Positions 36,097 to 50,384 of a stretch of 64,000 bases of DNA are shown here, piece by piece. A program made the translations under genes and the position numbers. The notes beneath the pieces are model-generated. The model was not told the DNA's origin, ran no database searches, and saw nothing but the letters and a program-made list of their open reading frames with translations. How positions within the stretch are numbered: position 1 is the first letter of the stretch; the number at the start of each line of letters is the position of its first letter. Source of the DNA: Enoplolaimus lenunculus (lineage: Eukaryota); the NCBI GenBank assembly GCA_030248215.1, contig JASANG010003752.1, forward strand, positions 372,001-436,000, in the 5' to 3' direction.

Positions 36097-39000
36097 TCAC
36101 GAGCACCGTAGCGCTTTGATGCGTTCTTCGCCCAGCCGAATTTTATCTTCAATCCGTCCCGTATCAATTAAACAGTGTTCTCGGCTTTGCATATAATCAC
36201 AGTACGCAATCATTTCGTCTTTGCCCAGTCGTTCGCTTAAAAACGAAATCACAGCTTTCGATTTGGCTTCAATTGCTATTTTTAGTCGTTGTGCGTCGTC
36301 CATTTCTGCGCGTAGACGCGCTCGACGTTGCAATTGAATAGTCTGAAACAACAAAATACAGTGATTTTAAGTTTAACAACTTGTCTACGAATAACTTGTC
36401 TACGAATAAATAAGAGCAATAACAGTGAGCGGGGTACTAGGATGATATTTTCGGTCCACCCAAATCTTAGCCTCCAAGGAAATCGGATGGATACCATACC
36501 GACCCGACTGACAGAAAACTATTATTTTGTATTTGACAACGTGCATGGGTCAGAAACGTAGTCAGGTGAAACCAACGAAGCCACGACCGTCTTCAACGAC
36601 TTTGACAAATAATAACTAAATGCCGACTGAGACAAAAACTCAGAAACAAAACGATATTCACTTAAGTAATGGGTGTGGCTCATTTTAAGCCAAAATCCTA
36701 CACCGATTAATAACGAACTCGACATAGCAAATTCGAGCAAAACATCAACAAACACTTACCTTTTCTTTGTCATCGTGATCACTGTTGGTCCGCAACGATT
36801 CAATTCGTTGTTCGATCCGCTCCAGTTGTCCTGTTAACCGCAACTGGAGACAAACAATCCGGCCAGCTTCTTCAACATGACGCCGAATCCGTGATATTTC
36901 AATTGGACTAAGGCGTGGAGCGGACGCAAAGGATGATGCGACATTACTTGAGTGATGCTTGTTTGACTGGGAACCAACAAAGTCATGTCGAATTTTACTA
37001 TTTTTATCGGCACATCGTTCGTCAATCCGGTCAAAAAATTCATTACCAGCGTGTTCAATTTTGGCAAGTTTTTGAGTCAATTTTGACCGCTGTTGCTCGT
37101 ACGAATGGAGTCGTTGCATAATTGTGTCGATCGCTTCTTCGACCTGATAAAAATTACAAAACAACAGATGTTTGCAACTCCCAACGCAATCGGATTACTT
37201 TCAGTGGCGTAGCCATGATTTCAGCTCGGGACGGTACAATCTTGCGTAAAAGAAATTTTTTTGACCGTTAAAATGTAGAAAGATATTCTCAGAGGCTGTT
37301 AACAATGCTTTCCCTAATGTCTGGCTAAAAGTTTCAAGAGGGGATATGCCACCCACTATCCCTCCGATTGTGTACACCACCGGCACTGTTCATACTGCTC
37401 AAGGGTTTGTTTCTTGGACTGTATTATCTCGCAGTTAAGGGCCTTGTTCTGTTTTCTTATCTTTTGGAAGACATATTTCCCTAACCATCCTGTATACCAC
37501 TCTGCTTATACATGAATTAAACTAAAATAGCAATGCGATCATAAGTGACACACTTTGTTTTTAGTAATGTTTTAGACGTCCTATTTTGATTTATACCGGC
37601 CATATTTACGGGGAGGGGTTGTTTTGAGGTATATACAAAATGATATACGGAAAATCTATACCCCAGAAAGTTTTTGTAAATATGAGCAAAACATGCACTT
37701 TTAATGTCTCTAAATAGAGGTATCGCAAAGCTTATCGCCCGCAAACTGTATTTTTGTGTTTTTGTTGGAGTTATACTTTCCAGATATGAAATCGTGACTA
37801 TGCCACTTGAGTCGCTGAGTTATAACCATGTAGCATTAATGACAGATTGGGAACACGAATTTGTCTGCTAATAATTTAGCTTTCAACAAGCGTATGTCGC
37901 CTAGCAATCGCCTGTCGTATAAGTGGCACGTTTCCATTACATTTTATCATTCAATCAAACTTTTTGTAGATAATCAAAATGCTAAAAATTAGTTAAGAGA
38001 ACTTCTATACTTTACTGCGCTGGACGCCGCTGAGTGCAGCCACACGCCGCTCTGCGTTGCTAATAAAAATATAGGCCAAATCTATTTGACTGCGTCCGGC
38101 GGCGCGCGGCGACTATAATGCAACGTTAACGCACAACAATAATTTACTTCTTCGAATACAATATTAAACTAAAATAGTTTCAAAATACCTTTTGTGTTTC
38201 CAAGTGTTTCGGATCCATTATTTCTTCCATAACCAAACTTTTAGCGTCGCCACTGGTGTGATCTGGAGTTGCAGGCACTGGTGGCACGGCGACTTTGTTT
38301 GCCAGCGACATGGGCAGCTGTGAATCGCCATCGATAGCGCATTTTTCAGCGTTGCGCTCGATTTTTGATTTAAGCTGTTCAACTGGCGACCTTTAATATG
38401 TTTGCACGACGCCGTATTTACATGTGCAAGTTTCTGCAGCGTGCACTTGTAGCTACACGTTGCAGCTGTAGATTTTGCGAAACGGTTTTCGAATAAAACA
38501 TGCAGGTGCAACTTGCAGCTACAAGTTATCGCTGCGAAAATTTGCACGTTCAACTTGAAGTATTAAAATTGGCACGTTCAAATTGCAACTGCATGCTCTT
38601 GCAGCAAAAACTAGCACGTGTGAATGGGGCTTAATATTGGCGTTTGTATCATCACATAAATCATGCTTTATTAAATTCTTTGCCCTGTGCTAAAAAGACT
38701 AAAAGTATATACTTTTATGTGCAAACGCGGGCTAGGCGTAGACTAAGCGAAACATCCGGAAATATCCGTTTCAAGTTGAAGCTAAACTTTAGTTGGTCGC
38801 AGGGTGTGAACGGATAATAAAAATAACCGAAACGAACAGTTTGAAATATGTTTTGATTTTTTTCCAATACAATCGGGGTATGGAAATATTCACCAGCAGT
38901 TCTTACATTTTATAGACATAATACCGCATGCACCCAAAGTTTTTTGAAACTTCGAATGAATTTGGCCGTTTTTGTTTAAAATCGAACAATCAATTGCAGC

Positions 39001-41385
39001 ATATCTGAATTGAAACACTGCCGCTCGCATTAAATCGTCAAAAAGTTTTTCAAACATTTAAATTTTGGTATAACTTATGTCAAATTAGCGTTACGCCTAA
39101 GCTTGAACCTAAGTTTAAGCTCTTGTGGGAAACTGTGTACCAGGGTCTAGACTACGATCACAAAAAGGTTGGACAGCAACCGAAATAACAAAGCAAATAA
39201 ACTTACTTCCAACCTTTTCTTTTATCTTCATGTAATGCGTCAACGTTGAAATCAGTACAGGCAACTTTGTGCTTGTTATCATGTACCGCGTGTTGATGTT
39301 CTGAAGCCGCCTTCTGATATTCGCTCGCTTCCGCCGCATTACTCAAAAAACTGTTTCGTTTACCCGATCGCGTTCCTTCTTTATTATTATATTTACCATT
39401 ATTTTTCAATCGTATTTCATGAACAGCAACATGATACCCTTCGTTAACAACGGCGTTACCTTCAATCATCCGTTCATTTGCCGTCAATGAATCAGAGTTT
39501 CGCGTCCCAGCCCGAATGTCCGAGTACGCTTTTGAGTCATGTTGAAAAAATTTGAGCAAATCAGGTTTTGACACAGTAGATGTAGGTGATTTTGATGACG
39601 AGTGTTCAGGCGTTGTTGTCATTGATGCCAAGGAAGACGTCGAAGACAAACTGGTTGAATTTGAATTTTCAGCGGATACCCGAGAAACTTCCTGCCGGTC
39701 GGACAGCGGCGATAAGCTGAGTTGTTTAATACTGAGCTGGGCATTATACAGCGACGTATCTGCAATAGTCCATTGTTTGAAAATCAATTTTATTTATATA
39801 AGTATACGTTATCGTAGGTCAAACTGCTATTCAGACCAATTACTAATTAACCTGGGTCCATGCACTGTTCAGTGCAATAATAGTTCGTCGATCAGAAAGC
39901 GGATGTTTTTGAAAAGGAAATTTTATGCACATGGCATACGTCAAAGCGGTATAAAGACCAATCGCATTGCTATACTAGAAATCAAGTTGTTAACAGTTTC
40001 TCAATACTTTATCGTTAACTCACGCTGATACAGCCACTTTACTGTGTTCTTATGTATTTCATTCGTATTACCTGTTACTAAAGTTCTACATTAAACCTTA
40101 ACCCGAGTTCGTTATTGTCAGCGAGTTCCACGAGCTTCAAGATATTAAATCGGAGACTCGAATTCCTTGCTACGGCTGGATATTTTCCTAGTTTACATTC
40201 TCTATAATTTAGTAAGATACGACAACATGGTGCTTTTCTGTTACTGCAAAAAAAATATGGTTTGAATCCAATTTAGCTTGATATTAAACGGCTCTTGACC
40301 ACTTCACGTCACGTTTAATATTTCTGATAATAGCGGAACAGCTTACAAAACTAAAACAGCTTACAAAACTAACCTCATTTTAAGTTTTAAATCAATTCGT
40401 TTTAAACGCATGACATTTTAACCTACCGATACGAAATCTACCAATGTGTTGATAACTGGAAAATTCCGTGCGACAGTACGAAAAATTAATAATCAGTTAA
40501 AGGTTCTTGTACATTTTCCCTAATACAATTAGGCTTATAAAACTGGCTTACGTATGCCTATGCCTTTACTTGAAAGTTTGCCTTCGCCTAAACCTAAGAC
40601 TTCATTTTAAATATGACGAAATTGTACAAGAACCCGATTTATCAATTGAAAATAGTTTACCAGTATTCTCGACAGTATCAGCGTCGCTATACTCGGCGTC
40701 AATCCGACCACTTTCTGGCAACAAATCAGGTTTCGGATTGCTGGAAACACCGGCAATCGCCGTTGCAGAGGGCAGCTGGATGTGCCGACCTCCTATCCGA
40801 AACGAATCAGTAGGGCTTGGCTCTGACGATTGAGGTGATAGCGAATTGCTTGAACTGGAACTGACATCTTCGAAAGCGTCTGTCTTGGTGCAAGATTGCC
40901 GAAATGGTGTTACATGCGCGATACGACTATTCTGATTGTATCCTTGAGTCATCTTGTGAAATGCAAAATTGTCGCTGACACTAGACGGTGCTGCTGATGA
41001 TATGTTCAACTGAGTTTCTAAATTTTCACAACCAATCATTGAATTTGTTTCGCCAATTAAATTATCAAAAGTTTTCCAATTCATACTTCCTAGTGAGCCG
41101 TTATTAGTGTTATTTTCGGGCTTCGAAGACGTTTTCCACGTTGTAGAATCAATATTATAATTGTCAGGTGGCGTGTTCAGTTGGCGAACATTTGAAAAGA
41201 TCACATTTGACGCGTTGAATCCTACGTCACGCTTGCGCCATTGACTCGGACATACGGCAGCAACTCCACTGGTACGTTTAGGAGCAACGTGGTCGCTTGA
41301 ACTTTGTTGAAGCATCGCTAGCGTCGCATTAGTCGACTGTGGTTGGCTTGAATTTATTTCAGTGTTTAGTTTGCTTGAATAGTTA
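36097..41385 (-). CDS. Shroom: Shroom-family protein with C-terminal ASD2 (ROCK-binding) domain, 3' five exons
   Basis: Phase-compatible exons 40661-41385, 39207-39759, 38189-38390, 36760-37143, 36097-36342. The last two read ...IVCLQLRLTGQLERIE... and ...DDAQRLK...IEDKIRLGEERIKAL, matching the ASD2 pattern LLxLSGRLARVE / EDAKELK / LEEKIKLGEEQLKCL. Upstream exons are Ser/Asn-rich and low-complexity. Confidence 0.82.
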
Positions 41386-42745
41386 CTAGAAATAAAACAA
41401 ATAAAGTTTAAAATTTCACGTGGTTAACAATACAATGCTTTATATTTGAAGACTAAAACAATGATGCGTCCTAATTTTCCTGGCTGTTCCTGGTTTGTTT
41501 GAATTAATCACAGGCAATAAAATTTTTCAAATTAAACTTGGCCAAAGCCAACGCTAGTATATTAATTTGGCAATTAAAATTGTTCTGCAAGCTGTATTAA
41601 TGAATGACGTGCACATAAAAGTTGCGTTAATCTAATGAGGATAAAGGTTGCGTTACGTATTACACGTCCGGTGTATCGCGATTATACAAAGGTACTTTCA
41701 ATTGCCGGTCAGCGAGGCGTGTGGCATTATATGTAGTACGAAAGTGATTTCACTGGGCCGCATGTTAATTATACCACAGCCTCAAGTACTACCATGGACT
41801 TAGCCATGATGTTACTTTGCACGCCCGTAGCCAGCTCACCGTGCTAGGGGGGGCTTAAAAATTTCAGGAGGCGTATTCAAGGGTTTTCAATGAGTTATAA
41901 GCAAGGTTGCAGAATTCATCGGTTCGAAAATGTTAGAAGACCTATTGCCAACTGGTGATAGGTGCTGGACGCATTTTAGAATACGAGCCAAAGTTGTAGG
42001 AAAATAAGTCGCAATATTAACCATTAAATACTCTAGTAAAGCAAGAACGCTGGTGAAAGATGAAACTACGCAACTGCTGCGTTCAAGTAATATGTTCACA
42101 TAATAGAAACGGAATTTTATCAATCATATTTTTCAAAGAAAGTTCGTATTTTAATCAGTGGTGCAGTTCAATCAGAAATCGATTATTTTAAATTTGAAAA
42201 TTTAATATTAAAATAAAGGCGATTTTGAGAAATACACAAAAAATTTTCGATGTCAAATATTACGAAATTTTAACAAACGAATACGCAACGAATGTAGAGC
42301 ACATATGAGTGAAAACGTTATAAACATCAACCTTAGCAGTCAGGGACGTTGGTCAGGATTTCGTTTGGCGACGGTATAATCTTACTTTTGGACGCTGGAA
42401 CCCAGCAGGTTATTCTGTCTATAAAAGTGCCTTTCTTTGACTGTTTTGAAATTTCGAGTAAAAATATATTCCCTATGTTCTCCATTGCGCATACGCCGCC
42501 ACTTTAACGTAGTACAAAATGTATCAAAATTTGCGACAGATCAAAACAATCATCATTCATAATAATTAATCTCAAAAATTAAAATTCTATTTCTAAATTT
42601 TAAGCGACAGAAATTCCTTCGAGCGATATGTATTTTAAAATATTCTAACTCTTAGAAGGTTTCAAAAACATAGTCAAACAGTTGACAGGGGGGGCGCAAC
42701 GTTTACCCAAACTTCAGTTTTCTGTCGCAACGAGCAAACGCTATA

Positions 42746-43175
42746 ATGTAGTGACCCGAATAAGAGGGGGTAATAAGAGGGGGTCTCCATTTTGAGTCCC
42801 AATCAATAGGAGTCCGTATCCGTAATAAGGTCCGTAAGCGGATAGAGTCTCTAAACTCAAATTAGAGTCCATAAATGTCAACTCTCCCTAATTGTAGCCA
42901 AAAATGACTCCAGGACTAAATAATTTGAATTCGAAACTTTAAAGCGTACTTAAATTTTGAAAGTAAATTCTTAAGTATAACCTTGTATTATCGGTCAAGC
43001 TACTGACACAAGACAAATATACGTTTAATTCAACGGATAATACCGGATATATATCAGTAACGAAGAGTGGCGGAGCGTGGGTTAAAAATAACAGTCCGTA
43101 ACCGAATAACAAAGGTGGTACCCACTGGAAAGGACAAAGAAATATCAGTCCCCCTCTTGTTCGGGTCACTACAGT
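42746..43175. mobile_element. Tc1/mariner-like MITE (same family as 58709-59140, inverted)
   Basis: TGTAGTGACCCGAATAAGAGG...CCTCTTGTTCGGGTCACTACAG; internal homology to 58709-59140. Confidence 0.85.
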
Positions 43176-45182
43176 ATATACGTTGAGTTATTTCATGAAT
43201 TATAAATGTTATTAGCTAAGCATAAATGTTAGCCTGGGGCAGTCAAATATATACGACTTAACGAGTTTCAAGTTTGTAACATATGGGAAAGCTTGAGAAA
43301 TCTACTAACTGTGTGGTTTAGGCGAGTCTACAGCTGGTGTTAGGGGCTGTACATCCATTCGAGACGTTTATATTTGAGTGCTTTAATACGGTTTAATAAA
43401 CTTATTAGACAATAAGGTTCTCTTCCAATTGATTTAGGGCATGTTATTTTTGGTTCATTAGCGACTTTAAGTTTTGGTTCTTAGTGACTTTAAGATACTG
43501 AAACACTAGGTGTGGACAGTATAAATCAGGCATGGAAGTGAGGCGTATATGGTTCCGTGGGGCCAATGCTGCGAGGTAGTGTTAGTTGGACGGTCCCATA
43601 AGGAAGGCCGTCTAACTCGGGGCAAACGTTGAGTAAAAATCGGACGATGAATTTGTATCGGTTTTGAAACTGTGAGCTCGAAAGTAAACGGAACCGTTTT
43701 TCGGCAGACGTTTAATAACAACTAAAGCTTTGTTGTTGTCAAAAATTTCTGTCTGCCGCTTGGTAAATTCAGTTTAACACTGTACTGAATAGGCAGAAGT
43801 CACAAAAAGACACATTAATAGCTTAAAAGTATAAAAAATGAACATAAAAAAATTCTCGAAATATTATTTTTTGTTATATAACTCCTATTTTCGTGGAACA
43901 AGTCTGGGAGTTGTTTGGGCACCATTCTCTCGTATTTCGCATAGTGCGGCTAGAAAAAATTCCTCGTGGGGCGAATCGAAAGGCCGCAAAGCCGTCTCCC
44001 TTCGGTCACTGGACTATAAATATTTAAACGATTAACCTAAAATATATTTAGTACCCACGAAGTTTAAAAGACTCTCTGCAATCTCATTTGTTGAACTGTC
44101 ATATTTTCTACTTAAAATCAATGACAAAAATAACTTTAAGCGAAACTTTGTGTGACAAATGACCAAAAAACTCTTATTTTGCGTTATGTCATACTTGTTG
44201 TCCAGCAGTTTAAAAATTGAATATCAAGTTCACTTAAAAAGATTATAATAATTTATAAAGAGTACATAATCAGCTAAAATTATATCACATCCGCTCTGTA
44301 TACGCTCTCAAAACTCTAAAATCACACAGTCAACGGCAACGAAAATTATGCCGAAATAAGAGCACATTTCCGCTCGAACACTGCGTGCAATCTTGCAAAA
44401 AACTCGTTAGCTCATGAGTAAAAATTGTCAAATTGTAAGTCTCTCATAATAATCGTCCTGATGTTCTCGGATCGATCGCGGAAAAAGTAGCAAGAATCCG
44501 AGGCGTAGGACAAGGTAACATACAGAGGGGACGTGTTGCGTTCCGAAATTTATGGAGAAACAACGAAAACAAAGGCGGATCCAAAAAATTCTGACAGGGA
44601 GGGGGAATAGAAAACCTTTTACATGGATAAGAACGAAATTTTAGATCCTAAAAGATCCGAAAAAAATCCGTTTCAAATTTAAATTATATTCTGTCGAACT
44701 GAACTGTCGACTACGCCTCTGGATGCATTCATGATAAAATCAAGTAAACGCAATTTCAATGTTATCGCATTTGAATACTCGGAACAAAGACTAAAAAACC
44801 GCGTCGTAATAATAAATTGAAGAAAATGCGAAAAAAAGTGAAACATATTGTAACAATAACTACTTAGAAATATAGATATTTCCTCATCAAATTGCAACTG
44901 AATCGGTAACATGTCGCGTTCAAATTTAGTATATTCTCAAAAATATTCGTTCTCGCTAAATTTCACCAAGATTTTGTGCATAAGGTCGTATATGCGGTAC
45001 TTTGAGTAGAGTACCGTACTGCTATGGTGCTGCAATCGAATAAGCTTAAACTAAACAATATTTCCTGCCCTGACTTAGGCATACGCTGAGCTATATAGGC
45101 TTATATTTACACTGAGGTTTATGCTTATGTTTAGGAATACGCTTAACTACTGTTCCACACCTCAAGCTATCGGTGATACTAA

Positions 45183-45852
45183 GGCCCTATTCACATGTTC
45201 ACACACCGATCTTGTACAGCAAAAAATTGTACCTTCATCTTCCATTTGCAAGTTTGGTCACAAAAGTACTTTGAAGTTCGCGCATCTTGCATCTGCAAAT
45301 ACTTCACTGGAATTCATGCAACGCTACTTTATTCGTGAAGCTTGAATTAGTTCAAATATCAAACTTATTTGATATTTCGCCACCCTTGGCGATGTTAATG
45401 GGACTAGTTTTACATCTGTTGAGGACTAAATGAAAAGCGTTTTAGTTCAAGAACTGTCAAGTAAGCCTTTCTCACACGCGAATGTTCAACGCACTTGAAA
45501 CTTGCAGCTGCAACTTTTCTAACGAAAATTAATTCGGAGAACATGCAGATGCAATTTATTTATAATTCAATACGTAAAGAGTTAATTCATATGTATGAAC
45601 AGCTTTGAAGCAGAGTTAATTCATATGTATGAACAGCTTTGAAGCAGAGTTAATTTGTGATAATTCCCTGGACAGATAAAATACAGTTTATGTTAGACAC
45701 TGATTGCCGTCGTCTGGCAATTATTCATGTAAGTTCATTCCAAGATTCAGATTTAAAGTTACAATTTTTGCAAATACTGACAGCGGCAAGATATTTGCAC
45801 AAATTGCAGCTGCAAGTTTTTGCTGCAGCAACTTGCACGTGTGAATAGGACT
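45183..45852. mobile_element. PIF/Harbinger-like MITE (TIR ~GGCCCTATTCACAC)
   Basis: AGGCCCTATTCACA...TGTGAATAGGACT with subterminal GCAACTTGCAG repeats. Related copies at ~30030-30303 and ~38410-38631. Confidence 0.6.
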
Positions 45853-47319
45853 GAAGGCAAATGTGAGCATTTTTGACTCACAAAGATTTTCCAGAAATCG
45901 AAAATTAGTTATGCACACTATGCTTCTTGCAATTTTGCAAAAAACAAATTACGAAAGAGGAAATATATCGAAAATATTTTTAACCCGTCATTTAATCTGG
46001 ATTTTGCTGTGGCCCTAAAGCAGCACCTTGTCTCGTCTGCCTTAAGATTTAATTCGGCACTTTAAGTAAGCATAAAATCGCACGCAACAGGTTTATTTTT
46101 ATATCAAAAGATATGCGTTTGGGATATCGGCCCATGTATAGAACAGGGCCGGTTCGTTTTCCGGCAGGGCTGTAATAGTGTCAGTTTAAGCATTAGACTA
46201 ACTGTTTTGCTTAGGCTTAGGCCTACGCTTAAGCCTTAGGCTTGAATCATCCTTACGCCTAGGCTTAGGAATAGGCTCATTCTTACGCTTAGGCTTAGGC
46301 TTAGGTTTAGGAATATGCTTATACTACTGTTCTGGCCTGTTCTATACACCACTAACGACAGAATGTGGTTGTAAAAATAATTCTGTGATTAGTTAATAGA
46401 AATGCTATCATTTCCATACGCGAAAAACAACTTAAATATGCAATTATTAGTTATACACCTTTTCCGTCCGAACAAAAATTTAAATATTTCACGAACAAAG
46501 AATACTATGGACGGAAAAAATTTAAGCCATACGGTTTGCTTTAAAATCAAATTTTAAAAAAAGTAAAAAAACGATAATTTAAAAACGTAACATAATAGTT
46601 TTGATGGTTCAAATGCGTAACAAGTCATTTAACATCTGGTTCTGAAACGGGTTAATATTTATAAAATGTCAATTTGTTTATCGAATTATGCCAAAAAATT
46701 GTTCGAAATTTTGTCGAACCTGGTGTAAGTTTTAAAGACAACTGCGGTATAAAACCGTATAAACTATCGAAGGTAGGCTCCAAGTTAACAAAACTGACAC
46801 TTTTGCGAAAAAATGCCAAACTAACTGAACGGATATTTCTAAACTAGTCAGCGTACACAGTTTGGGGTTTCCATACCTCCAAATTGAGCGGAACTCCTCA
46901 TACTAAAGACGTCCTCACAAATCATAAGGCAACCTCATATTTAGGTTAAAGTAACAATCAGAGCCATATCTCTTGTTCTTTAAAAAATAGACACAGCACG
47001 TTTATGCCATATATCTTACTTTTTCGTTGCTTGCACAATTTGTACACCCATATATGAATGATTTGGGTCTGTTCCACATTACAACGCGTACTATATACAT
47101 TCTTTTTTATGTTCGACCCGAATGAGGTCTTACAAAGGCCGCGCCAAGGATTGGCCAGGGGCCTCCTTAAAAAGCTTTAGCTTACAAACGCAGCCAGTTA
47201 CATACTCTTGTCTAAAAGTCGTTAACGACTCTTGTTTTCAATGAAAAAGGCGTTGCTTATGAATTTCAAGTTGGCTTGAATTCTATGAAATGTTTGATCA
47301 ATTGAATTATGAAAGATTG

Positions 47320-47739
47320 CAGAGTTCCAACAGAATTACGATTCCGGCTGAAATTCCGACAAAATTTGCAGTTCGATTCGAATTCCGACGGTGTGTGATT
47401 CCGATACCGCAATTCCGGTAATTTCGGTGACGTGTGTTTTTCCACCAAAATTATTTCATAATGTAAACTTATGTTCCTTCTTATTTATAGGCAATTAAAA
47501 AGACACAAAATGAATGGTAAAACCACCTGATTTCAAGAATTGTACTATGCCACTGAAAACTTACACTGAGAAAATACTGTGTAAACTGTGAAATAAAATC
47601 AATTTGGTCTTACGACTAAAAATTAACAAAATCATAAAACACATTTAAATCTAAATATTCCGATTCCGGTTCCGACGAACAAAATCAATTCCAATTACCG
47701 ATTCCGATCCCAACAAATTAAGTTCCGGTTGGAACCCTG
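47320..47739. mobile_element. MITE with CAGGGTTCCAAC-type TIRs and (ATTCCG)n subterminal repeats
   Basis: CAGAGTTCCAAC...GTTGGAACCCTG; many ATTCCG hexamers near both ends. Confidence 0.65.
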
Positions 47740-48680
47740 AAAAAAGGTAAATCAAACAGCTTTTAGGTGTAGCTAAATATGACACAAAACAGATCAATTA
47801 AAGTTTTATAATTTTAGAATAAAAAGAACATGAACACGAATCAGTCTTGATTCGCGTTGTCATATACAGGAAACAATAAACATGGGTGCCGCCTGAATAT
47901 TGGGTTAGGTCAAGCAGAGTGCAGATGGGTGTAGGGAAGGAAATATTAAATCAGCTGGCAAAATGCTGTACTAGCAATTTTTCTAGTTTTATAATTTACA
48001 GCTACCTATATAAAAGTGCATAGGAGATCCAGAACACCAAGTTGGTCCAACTGCACTCGTCGCAAATCCCCCCGACGCAAATAATCGTAAGCTAAGTTTA
48101 CTCCTCGCGCAACCCCCGTCGGCGCACATGACCGTAAGCTTAGCTTACCTTAATCCATCAATCATTTGAGTGGGCAGTACACTAAGATCTCTTACGAGGT
48201 TGTCCTTGACACTCACTACCTACAGCTTATATTCAAAACATTATAAAATTTCGAAATTTATTTATAAATCATTACTGCTTACAACGCTTACACTTAAAAT
48301 ACAAACTAAAAAATGCAGCAAAAATATGCTTGGAAGAAATCAATTTGTCATTTTTGGAGAGAAAACGTCGTGACTCAGAGCTTTTACAGGCGGCACAAAT
48401 GCTTTTGTACCTGTTTTGTTTGGTTTGATATACAGGGCTTCAGCCAGGAATTGCTCGCAGAAGGCGTAAAGAACATATCAAGAGATGGTTGTGAAGCGCG
48501 AATGTGATGGATAAAGGATTTCTCGGAGGGATCTGAGATTGGTCGACCCCTGCCCCCAGTTAACGAAATTTTAAAGCTATAAATTTGAACTCAACGCATC
48601 ATATATGTAGTTAGAAGTACCTATCATGCATTATTATGATGATGAAAGTTGTTTAAAATTTATTAAACTGCAAAATATTT

Positions 48681-48860
48681 GGCCAATGTCTAGAATAGGG
48701 AGGTAACAGTAGTGTAAGCATATTACTAATGTAAAGCCTAAGCGAAAAAATGAGCTTATACCTAAGCCGAAGTCTAAGCAACAAGATTAGTCTAAAGATT
48801 AAACTTACTCTACCGCAGTCATACAGAAAAACGTTCTGACACCTGGCCTTTACATGGGCC
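48681..48860. mobile_element. TTAGGC-carrying MITE, family A
   Basis: GGCCAATGT...ACATGGGCC; TSD AAATATTT/AAATAATT. Confidence 0.8.
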
Positions 48861-49762
48861 AAATAATTGAAACACAACTGTTGTTGGGCGCCGCCAAAAT
48901 ATGGCTTTGGCGTGCGCAAGAACCCGAGATAATCCAGGCGAAGAAAGTTGCACAAACTGTCCAGTCTTTCTACTCTATATCCCTGCCTATATAATAAATA
49001 TCTCAAGGAATTCAGGGGCAAGAACTGGAACTTCTTGCACATACCTGGAGTTCCCAACGAAGCCGTTTCAGTTCTGCAACACGAATAATTGGAAATAGCA
49101 ATTCCTTGTTTCATCAACTCATCGTGTAAAAATTAAACGAAAACAAATTGAAAATTACATTTTAGCCGATTATAAATTAACAAAGGAAGCGAGCTAGAAG
49201 CCAGACGCAATTTTAGTATTAAATCCTAACTCGTACGCCTTTAAAATCTGTCTTTGTCACCATATACAGCTTAATTTAGAATACACAGGAGTATGGTTCA
49301 CTATATTGGCAAGATGTTGCTTAAAATTAAGCCGTCAAATATTTCGAGCACAGCCGCTTCAGATCAACAACCAGTGGGCGGATACAGCGGACGCAGGGAT
49401 ATGTCCAGAGCGAGTCCTTCGCCTAAAAAATTTTCATTGCAAATGATTTAAGCTCAAAATGTGTTTTATAGCAAATGCAGGTTAAAATCATGCCGTAGCG
49501 GACGTAGGGATATGTCCAGAGCCAGTCCTTCGCCTAAAAATTTTCGCTGCAAATGATTTATCTGAAGCTCAAAATATGTTATATAGCAAATGCAGGTGAA
49601 AATCATGGCGTAAAACTGCAACACAACTTCAAAATATGTTGCGTCATCGACCCTGTTCCTAAACCTTAAAGTGTCTAAATATTTGCTAAACACGCTTATA
49701 AAGTCTGTAAAATTTAAACACCAAACAAAGCATCCTAACCTGCCGGCAAACCTTGGATCCGC

Positions 49763-49902
49763 CACTGTCTATAATACGATTGGCTCAAACAATTCCTCAC
49801 TGTCTATAATACGATTGGCTCAAACAATTCCTCACTGTCTATAATACGATTGGCTCAAACAATTCCTCACTGTCTATAATACGATTGGCTCAAACAATTC
49901 CT
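49763..49902. repeat. 35-bp tandem repeat x4
   Basis: CACTGTCTATAATACGATTGGCTCAAACAATTCCT repeated head-to-tail with no spacers. Confidence 0.95.
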
Positions 49903-50207
49903 TCACCAACTCAACGTGACAATTAAACGATAGTACAGAGATAGACATTTAACATTAGTCTATAACAACTTAAATTTTAAACTAAAAATTCCAATTCACA
50001 TTAATAACGCAGCGGATGTAGTAAACAAAGCCACTTTTCAATGCGGCCCAAATATACACAATACTGCCTAAAGAAGTTTAATACTGATTAATTGTTTAAG
50101 CGGCGCCTGCTACACGAAGCGGACGATTTCAAGTCCGCGACTGTACATCCTGATGAATACGAAAATGTTTTTCCGACCTCTAAGGCTCACAAAGTAATAT
50201 TCTAAAG

Positions 50208-50384
50208 CAATGGCGGATCCATGGGGGAGGCCACCCCGGCCGTGGCTCCCCCAACAGCATCTCGACAAAAATTATATAGCAATTTTGTGACATTAGTTCG
50301 TGGTTTGTGTGTGGGTCAAAAGTAACTTTATTACCTGTCAAATTTTGCCCCCCCCCCCATTTTGAGCTCCTGGATCCGCCACTG
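50208..50384. mobile_element. hAT-like MITE (CAGTGGCGGATCCA-type TIR)
   Basis: CAATGGCGGATCCA...TGGATCCGCCACTG with perfect 8-bp TSD TTCTAAAG. Related elements at ~35938-36082 and ~49372-49767. Confidence 0.85.

Noticed and set aside
31507..36097. Shroom-WRNexo operon (same strand, tandem)
   Set aside because: Gap of ~4.6 kb filled with MITEs; nothing in the sequence supports co-transcription.
49763..49902. 35-bp repeats resembling a CRISPR array
   Set aside because: Head-to-tail with no spacers, no cas genes, eukaryotic context.
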